Source: an uncultured Spirochaetota bacterium (GTDB lineage: Bacteria > Spirochaetota > Spirochaetia > SZUA-6 > DRHE01). From it: 64,000 nt of DNA. Location of the stretch: NCBI GenBank assembly GCA_963745745.1, contig CAVUYS010000072.1, positions 5,167 to 69,166 on the forward strand, read 5' to 3'. The notes beneath the pieces are model-generated. The model did no database searches. It was not told the DNA's origin and saw only the letters and a list, made by a program, of their open reading frames with translations. Shown piece after piece: positions 43,153 to 52,843 of the stretch. The first letter of the stretch is position 1. Each line of letters starts with the position of its first letter. A program made the translations under genes and the position numbers.

Positions 43153-44036
43153 GGGGTGTTCAGGCGCTCGAACAGCTTGTACAGGCTGTGGGTGCCCAGG
43201 TTCTCCTGTCCCACGGCCATGGCCGCCACGTAGAACTGGTGGGCCAGGGCTAGTCCGGGCAGGCTCAGCTTCATGCGCCGGGCCTCCTTCAAGGCGATGT
43301 CCATGTCCTTGACGAAGTGCTTGATGAAGAAGCCGGGGTCGAAGTTGCCCTTGGCGATGCGCGGGCCATAGTTGTTGAGGCTCCAGGAGCCGGCCGCCCC
43401 CTTGCCGATGACCTCGATCACCTTCTCCAGGTCGAGTCCCGCGTGGTGGGCGTACAGCAGGCACTCCACCACCCCGATCATGGTGGTGGCGATGTGGATC
43501 TGGTTGACCATCTTGGTGTGCTGCCCGGCGCCGGGGGGTCCGAAGAAGGCGATGTTCTCCCCCATGTGCCGCAGCAGCGGCAGCACGCGCTCGAAGACCG
43601 GGCGCTCTCCGCCTACCATGATCGCCAGCTTGGCGTTGCGCGCGCCCACGTCCCCGCCGGACACCGGGGCATCCAGGGCCTCCACGCCCTTCTTCTTGGC
43701 CTCGGCGTGGATGCGCTGGGCCAGGGTGGGCTCGGAGGTGGTCATCTCCACGATCACCGCGCCGGGAGCGGCTCCCGCCAAGGCCCCGCGCTCGCCCAGC
43801 ACCACCTCTTCCACGTCCGCGGGATAGCCCACGATCGTGAAGATGCAGTCGCTGCCGCGGGCCACCTCCAGCGGACTGTCGCACCAGACCGCCCCGGCCT
43901 CCAGCAGGTCCCGGGCCTTTTCCCGGGTGCGGTTGTACACGCGGGCTTTCAGGCCGCCCTTGTTCATCACGTGCAGGCACATGGAACGGCCCATCACGCC
44001 GGTGCCGATCCAGCCGACGCTGCGGATCTCTTTCAC
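43149..44036 (-). CDS. NAD(P)-dependent 3-hydroxyisobutyrate dehydrogenase-family oxidoreductase
   Basis: Motifs seen: [20 protein letters not shown] and [11 protein letters not shown]. 295 aa, intact. Confidence 0.9.
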   Translation of the reverse strand: MKEIRSVGWIGTGVMGRSMCLHVMNKGGLKARVYNRTREKARDLLEAGAVWCDSPLEVARGSDCIFTIVGYPADVEEVVLGERGALAGAAPGAVIVEMTTSEPTLAQRIHAEAKKKGVEALDAPVSGGDVGARNAKLAIMVGGERPVFERVLPLLRHMGENIAFFGPPGAGQHTKMVNQIHIATTMIGVVECLLYAHHAGLDLEKVIEVIGKGAAGSWSLNNYGPRIAKGNFDPGFFIKHFVKDMDIALKEARRMKLSLPGLALAHQFYVAAMAVGQENLGTHSLYKLFERLNTP

Positions 44037-44549
44037 GATTGCCTCCCGGAAGCTGACGCTACGACGATTTTAGCAGGAGTATAGCGGAAAAGCGCGGACA
44101 GGAACAACCGAAGAAAAACGGCTTCTACGACCGGGGGCAGCGGGAGTTCTGGGGCTCGGTAAGGTGACCAGCCGTTTCGCCGACACCTCCGAGCGGGTGG
44201 TGCACTACCACAACCAGGACCACTACCGGCGCGGCCTGGCCTACCTGACGGAGATCCGCGGCCCAGCGGGGATTCCCCTTCGGCCCTGGAGCGGGAGCAC
44301 AGCCGCACCACCGCGGCATAGACCCATGAGCTCCGTGAATACCTGGGGCGTGCGTGAGGGATGCGCAGGGCTGCGGGTCCGAGCCCCAACAGGGGCGAGG
44401 ACCGGAGCGAAGCGAAGCCCGCAGCAGCCCGACCCCTCCCCCAGCGTGCGGGGAGGCGGCGGCGCCTCATGAAGGGCCGGCTGGGGGAGGGGGCACGCCC
44501 AGCGACAAAGGCTATCCCGCGACGGGCGGTATGAGTATTTTCCCCTCCT

Positions 44550-46294
44550 ATGAATCTCACTGCCTCACAGAAGAACTTCACGCTGGTCGGGGTCCTGCTG
44601 GCGCTTTTCCTGGGCGCCCTGGATCAGACCATCGTGGCCACGGCGCTGCCCAGGATCGTCCAGGACCTGCGGGGCCTGGACCGCTACACCTGGGTGGCCA
44701 CCGCCTACCTGCTGGCCACCACCATCATGGTCCCGATCTACGGCAAGCTGGCCGACACCCTGAACCGCAAGAGCATCGAGCTGGCGGCGGCCTCCCTGTT
44801 CCTGGCCGGCTCGTTCCTCTGCGGCCTGAGCGGGGCGGTCCCCTTCCTGTCCTTCCTGGGCGACGGCATGAGCCAGCTGATCCTGTTCCGGGTCATCCAG
44901 GGCCTGGGCGGGGCCGGGCTTTTCGCCATGGCCTTCATCGTCATCGCCGACCTGTTCCCGCCCGCGCAGCGCGGCCGCTACCAGGGCCTGGTGGGCGCCG
45001 TGTTCGGCTTGGCCAGCGTGCTGGGCCCCCTGGCGGGCGGCTTCCTTACCGACTACGCCGGCGGCCTGATCCCGGGCGTCGAAGGCTGGCACTGGGTGTT
45101 CTACGTGAACCTGCCATTCGGCGCCCTGGCCCTCTGGTTCATCGCCCGATGGATGCCGCCCCTGCGCCCGCCTGCCGACAAGGTGCGGCTGGACTTTCCC
45201 AGCATGGCCCTGCTGGTGGCCGGGTTCCTGCCGCTGGTGCTGGCCCTGCAGCTGGACAAGGCCCGCTTCCCCTGGAACTCCCCCTGGACCCTGGGGCTGC
45301 TGGCCGCCTCCGCCCTCGGCTGGCCGTTTTCGCGCTCTCGGCGCTGCGGTCGGCCAATCCCGCCCTGGAGCTGCGCCTGTTCCGCAACCGGGTCTACGCC
45401 ACTTCCATCCCGGCCCTTTTCTTCACCGGAGCCGCGTTCCTCAGCCTGGTGGTCTTCCTGCCCCTGTTCATGGTCAACGTGGTCGGGGTGTCCTCCACCC
45501 GGGCCGGCGTGAGCCTGATCCCGGTTTCCGCCGGCCTGGTGTTCGGCTCCGCGCTGACCGGCCAGCTGGTGTCGCGCTTCGGGCACTACAAGCTGCAGAT
45601 GCTGGCCGGGGGCGCCCTTCTGGCGGTGGGGCTGTTCCTGCTGTCCCGCCTGAGCGTCGACAGCGGATACTGGCAGGTCACCTTCTACATGCTGCTTTGC
45701 GGCCTGGGCCTGGGCCCGACCTTCCCGCTGTACACCCTGGCCGTGCAGAACGCCGTGGAGCCGCGCCACCTCGGGCAGGCCACCGGCACGAGCATCTTCT
45801 TCCGGCAGATCGGGGGCACGGTGGGAGTGGCCGTGATGGGCACCGTATTGGCCGGCGTATTGGCGGCTTCGCTCTCCGGCCTGCCGGGCTTCGACCCTCG
45901 GAACCCCGGGGAGCCGGGTAGGGCCGTCCGCGCGGAGTCCGACCGGCAGTACGCCCTGGCCGAGCGCGCCTTGCGCTCCCGGGACCTGGGGGCGCTGGAG
46001 GAATTGATGGCCGACCGGCGCTTTCCGACCGAGACAAAAAAAAGGTTGATCACCGGGGCGCTGGCCGGCGGGGCGGGCGCGGAGCAGGCGCTGGCAGGGA
46101 TCCGCGACCTGCTGACCCTGCGGGCCGAGCGGGCCGCGACCGCGGCGAGCCTGGCCGTGCGCACGGCCTTTGCCCGGGCCGTGAGCCGCATCTTCTTCTA
46201 TGCCATCTTCGCAGCGCTGGCGGCGATGGCGATCACCCTCTTCATCCCGGAACTGCCGCTGCGCCGCAGCCAGGATTCCCCTGGCCCGGCCTGA
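44550..46294 (+). CDS. MFS transporter, DHA2 (EmrB/QacA-like, 14-TM) family (one frameshift near 45320)
   Basis: Motifs seen: LGALDQTIVATALPRI, GKLADTLNRK and LFRVIQGLGGAG in ORF 44550-45512. The later TM segments lie in the frame of ORF 44354-46294. Confidence 0.85.
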
Positions 46295-46320
46295 TCGCCA
46301 GGCGGGCCCGGCCTGGCGGC

Positions 46321-47673
46321 CTACCCCGGCAGCAGCCAGCGCAAGGCGAACTGCCAGAGGGTCACCCCGGCCAGCACCAGCAGGGCGGGGGCGATCAGGC
46401 TGGACAGGCTGCGCAGCAGCCGGATCTTGAAGTACTCCGCGGTGACCACCAGGCAGATGTGCACGGGGGACAGCAGCTCCCCCATGAAGCCGAAGCCGTA
46501 GGCCAGCACCGTGGTGGCGGCCAGCCTGCCGAAGGACGGGGAAGGACCCAGCAGGCTCAGGGCCAGGGGGAAGGTGGCCCCGACGTAGCCCACCGTGCTG
46601 CCCATGGTGAACCCGGCGATGAAGGGCAGGAAGGCGATCAGCAGCGCATCCGGGATGCCGAACAGGGCCAGCTCGCTGCGCAGCAGGGCCACGGGGAACA
46701 CTCCGTCGGGAAGAGGCGCCTCGATCACCGCGCCGTAGACGCGCACGACCACCACCAGCAGGGTGATCTGCAGCGCGCGCCAGGAGAAAACGGCCTGCAC
46801 CCAGGCGCTGAGCGGCAGGCGCCGCTGCCACTGCAGCACCGCCAGCGCCAGGACCAGCCCCGCGGCCATGGGCACGTAGCGGCTCAGCCTCCGCAGGCCC
46901 GGGGAGAGCAGCTGCAGCAGGGCGAAGACCACCACCACGACCAGGATCGGAGCCACCAGGCTCAGGAAGGAGCGGCGGGGACCGGGCGCCGGCGCGAGCG
47001 GCCCGCGTGCGGCCGTGCCTTCGGCCCCGCGCTCCCTGCCCTGCCCGCCCCGCCCTGGGATGCGGCGCAGCAGGAGCAGCGCCCCGCTGCCGGCGGCGAT
47101 CAGGGTCACCGGCAGCTGGACCAGGATGAACTGCCAGATCTCCAGGCGGGTCAGCTCCAGGGCCAGGATCACGCCGGGGTACAGCGGCCACCAGTACTCC
47201 CAGATGTGCCGGAACCAGTGGTTGGTCTGCGTTTTCAGCAGGCCGCTCAGGGAGCGCTGCGGGTCGGCGCTGTCCACCATCGGGGCGGAAAACAGCGCCC
47301 CGCCGGGCATGGGCAGGAAGCCGATCACCGCGGGCAGCGCGGCGAAGGCCAGGCGCCGGGGCACGCGCGAGCGCACCGCCTCCACCAGGTCGCGCATCAC
47401 CCCGCCTTCGGCCATCAGGCTGCTCAGCCAGATCACCAGCAGGAGCACCGCGATCAGCAGCAGGTTGTCCGGCGAGCGGAAGCGCTCCCAGGCGATCGCC
47501 CCCACGTCGGGCAGGCGGTGCCCGAACCAGAGTCCCAGCAGGAGCGTGCCGGCCAGCACCGAGACCAGCAGCTCCTTGACCAGGCGGTTGACCAGCAGGA
47601 TCAGGGCCAGGGTGACCAGCACCTTGACCAGCACGGGCACGGCCGACAGGGAGGTCCAGAGCGTCCAGGGCAT
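46321..47673 (-). CDS. DUF401 family membrane protein
   Basis: 450-aa polytopic ORF containing GFLPMPGGALFSAPMV and TQTNHWFRHIWEYWWP, typical of DUF401. Confidence 0.75.
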   Translation of the reverse strand: MPWTLWTSLSAVPVLVKVLVTLALILLVNRLVKELLVSVLAGTLLLGLWFGHRLPDVGAIAWERFRSPDNLLLIAVLLLVIWLSSLMAEGGVMRDLVEAVRSRVPRRLAFAALPAVIGFLPMPGGALFSAPMVDSADPQRSLSGLLKTQTNHWFRHIWEYWWPLYPGVILALELTRLEIWQFILVQLPVTLIAAGSGALLLLRRIPGRGGQGRERGAEGTAARGPLAPAPGPRRSFLSLVAPILVVVVVFALLQLLSPGLRRLSRYVPMAAGLVLALAVLQWQRRLPLSAWVQAVFSWRALQITLLVVVVRVYGAVIEAPLPDGVFPVALLRSELALFGIPDALLIAFLPFIAGFTMGSTVGYVGATFPLALSLLGPSPSFGRLAATTVLAYGFGFMGELLSPVHICLVVTAEYFKIRLLRSLSSLIAPALLVLAGVTLWQFALRWLLPG

Positions 47674-47736
47674 AGATAGCGTCCAGTTATAGCAGAACCG
47701 GGACGAAAGGTCAGCGGTCCGCCTGGAACGGTCCGC

Positions 47737-50700
47737 CTAAAACTGCAGCCGCGCGCTCAGGCGCAGCTCCAGGCCCAGCGCCGGCTGGCGGGTGCTCCTG
47801 CCGCCTTCGATGCGCTCCTCCACCCCGCCCATGGCCTTGAACGAGAAGCCCAGCTCCACGCCCCGGTCCACGGTGAGACGGCTCTGGTGGGTCACCGCCA
47901 CGCGCAGCGGCACGACGCGGGTGAGAGCGGTGGCCGCGCGGTCGGTGGCCAGCAGCTGGTTTTCCACCTCCAGCCACTCCTCGTGCACGATGCGCTCCTG
48001 CGCGCCCGGCCCCCGCAGCAGGGAACGCAGGCGGGAGGCCCGGGAGGCCACCGGCTGCTCCCAGAGGTAGCGCAGGTCCAGCACGCTGCGCAAGCTGTCG
48101 CTGTCCGGTCGCGACGCGACGGGCAGCTCGCCGGCCGGCTGGCCCGGGAACAGGTACAGCCGCTCGTCCCCCACCCGCTGACGCTCCTGCGAGTAGCGCA
48201 AGCTGTGCTCCGCCCGCAGCCTGCCCCGCAGCCGCCCTCCCGGTCCGGGGGCCAGCTCCAACCGGGTGATCGTGTCCAGGCTGCGGGAGCGCACCTTGCT
48301 CGAATAGTCCCAGGACTCCTCCCAGGCGGCGTCGAGGGCCAGCCGGTTGCCCTCGGCCTTCGGCTGGACCAGGTCCTTGCCCAGGCTGAAGCGCAGCCGG
48401 CGCTTCTGGGCGTGGGCGGCGCCGTCGCGGGAGGTGTCCCCGATGGCCAGGGCCCCGGCGCGCGAAGGCAGGAACCAGGGCTCCGAGCGCAGCCGGACTT
48501 CCAGCCCGAGGGTTTCCTGGAACCCCGCCGACGAGCCGCCCGCCACTCGGGCGCTGCCGGTCAGGGCCTCGACGGCCTGGTGCTCGTGCAGGCGCCCCAG
48601 GTCCAGCCGGGGGCTCAGGTAGTACAGGGGCAGGCGGAAGAGAGGCAGGAGGCCCTCCGCCAGCAGCGGCGCCTCGCCCAGCCCCTGGTCCACGCGACGG
48701 TAGCTGCCGCTGAGATTCCGCGAAGCCTTGGGCGTGAGCTCCAGCAGCCCCTGTCCGCCGGGGCTGAACGGCAAGGCCAGGCCGAGGGCGCCTTGAACGC
48801 TCGCATCCCGCGCGCCCGCCGCCCGGTCCGCGTTCCACTCCGCGTAGCCGCCCTCCAGGTCCAGGTTCGCCCCCAGGTACCGCTGCCGCGGCAGCTCCAG
48901 CCGGAGGCTGGCCTTGTCCGAGCGGCCGCTGCGCCAGGCGCCCGGGAGGGCCTCTGCCGCCGGGAGGAACAGCGAGGCCAGCTTGTCTGCGTAGGACTTC
49001 CCCAACCCCGGAGGCGGCGCGGGGCTGTCCGTGACCAGCAGGTCCTCTCGCAGCGCCTCCACCGCCAGCGCCCCCGCCGCCAGGGCCAGGGTGGCGCTGC
49101 CCTGCAGGCGCTGGGTGAGGCTCTGGGATTGGCCGGTCGAAACCACGGGCCCCCCCTCGGCCTGCTCGCTTTGGCCCTCGTAGCGCCAGGTGCGGGAATA
49201 GGAGTAGGACTGCACCAGGGACTCGGGAAAGCGGTAGTCGGCGGAGAAGGCCAGGGACTCGCTCACCGTCCGGGCCTGCCGGTACACGTACTCCGTCTGG
49301 GTCAAGGCCAGGCGGTCGTCGGTGCCCTGCGTGCGCTGGTAGGAGTGCTCCAGCGCGGGCAGCCAGGCGATGCCCGTGTCCAGCCCCAGTCGCTGGGAAA
49401 AGGTGCCGGTCTGCGTCCCGCTTTGCGCGGAGCGGGACTCGGCGCCAGAAAGCTGCAGGGATACCGGCATCACCCCCAGGAGCCGGGCTTCCAGGCCGCC
49501 GGAGTACCTCTGCTGGCTCCGGCCGGGCTGGTCGGCCAGGCCGCCCTCCGCCCGCTCGTAGGCGCCGCTGAGGTACGGATCGCTCACCAGCGGCACCTGG
49601 CCCGCCGACAGCAGGTCGCCGCGGAAGCCGATCCGGCCTTGTCCGTAGACGCCCGCCTCCAGGCCCCAGCGGCTCTCCCGCAGGTGCCATTCATCCAGCC
49701 AGAATTCGAAATCCGTGCCGGCGCCCAAGGGGACGCCCGGCGGCGCGGCGATGGTGAAAAGGACTTCCGTGACCGTACGCCAGACTTCCAGGCTGCCGGT
49801 GCGCTGCAAGGTGCCGGTCAGGGTGCCGTCGACGCGCACATTCGTAGGGTTCCTCCAGGCGGACGCTCACCTCGTTCCAGCCCTCGTGGAAATCCGTCGG
49901 GCTGAAGGCCGCCGAAGCCCTTTCCAGCGCGTTGGCCAGGAACTCCAGGCGGAGCTCCGCGGCGGCGGGAAAGCTCTGCCCCGCCGGCAGGTACACGTAC
50001 AGGCGGAACTCGCGGTAGGGGGAGAAGTCGGTCGGCACCGGGAAGCGGCGGCGGACGCTCACCGACTGCCCCGCGGCCAGCGTCGGGGTGAACACCGCCG
50101 CCAGGCTCTTCTCCACGTAACCCTGCTCCTCGCGGTAGGCCGGCCGCCCGTGCAGCTCCGCGTACACCTCGGGGTAAGCTGCCGAGAAGGAGGCGCTGTC
50201 CTTCTCGGTCAGCGCCAGCCGGGCGGTATCGGTGCTTTCCGGGCCGGCCGCGGAAAACCAGATGCCGTTCACCAGCAGCTGGCCCGTCACTTCGGCCGCC
50301 CCCGGAGTGACGGGCTTCACCGTCAGGCGCAGCGCCTTGGCTCGCTGGAAGGCCGCGGCCTTGGCGGGGTCGGCGATCAGCTCGCTCAAGTCCAGGCTGA
50401 CCAGCCTCCAGTCGCTGTCGCCCAGCGCCACCGAGCCCAGCTCCAGGGGCCCCAACGCCGGGGCCAGCACGGCCCCTTTCTCCTGGTCCAGGGCGAACGG
50501 CCCTACCGGGTCCAGGGTCGCGCTGCCGTCCAGGTCCTCGGAGTCCAGGCGCCCGTCAGCCTCCCCGAGACGGTCGCTGCCCAGCATCGTAGCCGACCCG
50601 TCCAGCGGGGTGATCGCGAAGCCCGCCTGGGCGCTGGAGGATTCCCCGTCCAGCGCGTCGTCCCCGTCCAGGTCCTCCTGGTAGGCCTGGAGCAGCTCGG

Positions 50701-52843
50701 CGTACAGCAGCACGGCGTCCCCGCTCAGGCCGCGGCCTCGCAGCAGCACGTTGAGGTGGGTGTAGTCCTGGAGGTTCACCGCGGGCAGCCCGGTGGCGGC
50801 GGTGACGTAGCCCTCGGGAGCGGCTGCCGGGATGCGGAAGTCCAGCACCAGGGAGCGGTCCTCTCCTCCCGTGGTCTGGTCCGCGCTGTTGTACGGTCCC
50901 GCCTTGCGGAAATAGTCCAACTGGGGATTGCCCGAGTTGTCCCAGAATACCTCGTGCAGCAGGTCCCCCCCCAGCAGCCGGCGCTCCCAGAGGTTCTCGT
51001 AGCGCAGCTCCCCCCGGCTTTCCAGCGCAACGGCGGCGGCGGGTAGCAGGCCGGAGCGCGAGCCCAGGGTCCAGCCGCTTTCCCGGATGCTCACCGTGTA
51101 CCGGCGCCCGTCCTCCATGTCGGCCACGACGGCCTCCCCGCGGCTGTTGGTCGTGGCCAGGGAAAGTGCGGCTCCGGCGCGCAGCTCCCCCTCCGGGCCC
51201 CGGCCCTCGCACGGCCCGAAGCGCAGGCTCAAGTCCGTGCTGTTGGACAGGTCGCTGGCCCGTTCCTCGCCCAATTGGGGGGCGACCGGTTCGCGCACCG
51301 GCAACGTGTAGGTCGTCAGGTTGGCCGCCTGCAGCCAGCCCCGGTCGTACCCCACCCGCACGGCGGCGAACAGCTCCCCGTCGCCCTCCCCGGTGGGCGC
51401 GTAGCGATAGCTCACCTCCACCTCGCTGGCCGGCCCGAGCACGCCCGGGTGGAAGGAAAGGATGCCCGCGGCGTAGTCCGCCGTGTAGGCGGAAGCCCCG
51501 GCGGGCACCCCGTCGACGGTCACCTTCAGGCTGCCTTCGACCAGGTCGAACTCCAGGAAAAAGCTGTCCGCGCTCGCCGTGTAGCGCAGGAGCAGGGTGT
51601 TCAGCGAGGCGGACTGCCCCGGGTAGCCCAGGCCTCCGTAGACCGGGTTGTCCTCCGCGAAGGGGTTGTCCGCCGGGAAGGGCTGGTCCCCCGGGAAGGG
51701 ACGCGGATAGAAACCCGCGGCGTCGCGGAAGGCGAACAGCAGCGCCCCGAAGTACGGGTCCACCGTGAAGTCCGCCAGCAGCCCGGCGTAATTCTCATTG
51801 GCCGCGCCGGTTCCGGTGAAGAAGAGGCTCACCGTGAGGTCCGCGGGCGTTCCCCCTCCGGCCAGCTCCCCCAGGAAGTAGGCGTTGCGCATTTCCCAGT
51901 AGCTGTTCAGGTCGTTCTTTTTCAGGTACAGGAACAGGGGCGGGATCCCGGCGTCGAAATACTGCGGGTGGCTGGCGGAGCTGAAATCGGCGCGCGTGCC
52001 GGCGGGATCGATGATCGCCTCCTGTCCCAGCACGGGATCGCCGACTCCGACCCCGGCCTTGGTGTAGGTCACGGCCAGTTCCTCCGTCGCGGCCAGGGAG
52101 CGCTGCAGCGAAAGGCGCGCGGTGGCGTTGTCGAAAAAGTAATCCGTCTGGCGGGCCAGCAGGGCGAAGGGCTTGCCGTCGATCAGCGCATCGGGAATCC
52201 CGGTGGGGCTGCTGCGGTACACCCGCAGGCTGGCCTCCTCCAGCCCCGCATCCGGCAGAAGGAAGAAACGCGCCCGGGCATAGTCCACGTCCAGCAGCCG
52301 GGTTTCCAGCACCCGGCGGCTGCCGCGGAAGCTCTTGCGCCCCTCCTGGGATACCCCGTAGCGCAGCAGCGCGTCCCCGCTGAACCTCCCTTTGGCCAGG
52401 CTGACCCGCAGCGCGAAGGTCTGCGGGTTGCCCGCGTCAATGGGCACGAAGCGGGTGCCCGGTATGGAGAGGTACTTGTTGCCGATGGTTACCTCGCGCA
52501 GCAGCTCCCCTTCCTCGCCACGATAGCGCAGGGAATAGAGATTGCCGCCCAGGAGCGAGAAGTAATCGTTGCGCGTTGCGTCGAAGTCGATCTCGGCTAC
52601 GAGGCGCTCGTGCAGCGCCCTTTGCAGCAGCACGCGCCGGATCAGGTGGTCCAGGTCCAGGCCTTCCAGGATGCCCTCGGCCGCATCGGCGGCCAGGAAG
52701 CCAGAGCCCGCGGGCACGCCGAAACCGTAGCCCAGGTCCAGCTCGATGATCCCCAGAGAGGCCAGCTCCCCGTCCTCGGCCTCTGCGGGGAAGATGGCCG
52801 CGGCGCACAGCGCCGCGGCCGCCAGGAAAGTGCGGGCTTTCAG
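47737..52843 (-). CDS. Giant (~1,700 aa) exported outer-membrane protein. The function call is tentative: a possible distant SprA/Sov-like T9SS translocon relative. One frameshift near 49842.
   Basis: A signal-peptide-like N-terminus LKARTFLAAAALCAAAIFPAEA precedes the first listed start. ORFs 49691-52717 and 47737-49839 join at VRLEEP.. / VRVDGTL. Acidic DxDGDD-type loops are present. The C-terminus ends ...LGLELRLSARLQF, a beta-signal-like ending. Length is 5107 nt, one base more than a multiple of 3. Confidence 0.55.

Noticed and set aside
44370-44530. Guanidine-I (ykkC)-like riboswitch upstream of the MFS exporter, prompted by GGGTCCGAG and ACGGGCGG strings
   Set aside because: The conserved elements are not in the order or spacing I recall for ykkC. 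The region is better described as two simple GC hairpins. I would need an Infernal scan to revive the idea.
45101-49905. Several 650-700-aa ORFs (45101-47191 minus, 47711-49690 minus, 47887-49905 plus)
   Set aside because: They overlap the MFS, DUF401 and giant OMP genes in wrong frames or on the wrong strand. Their composition is that of GC-driven open frames. None is needed to explain the locus.
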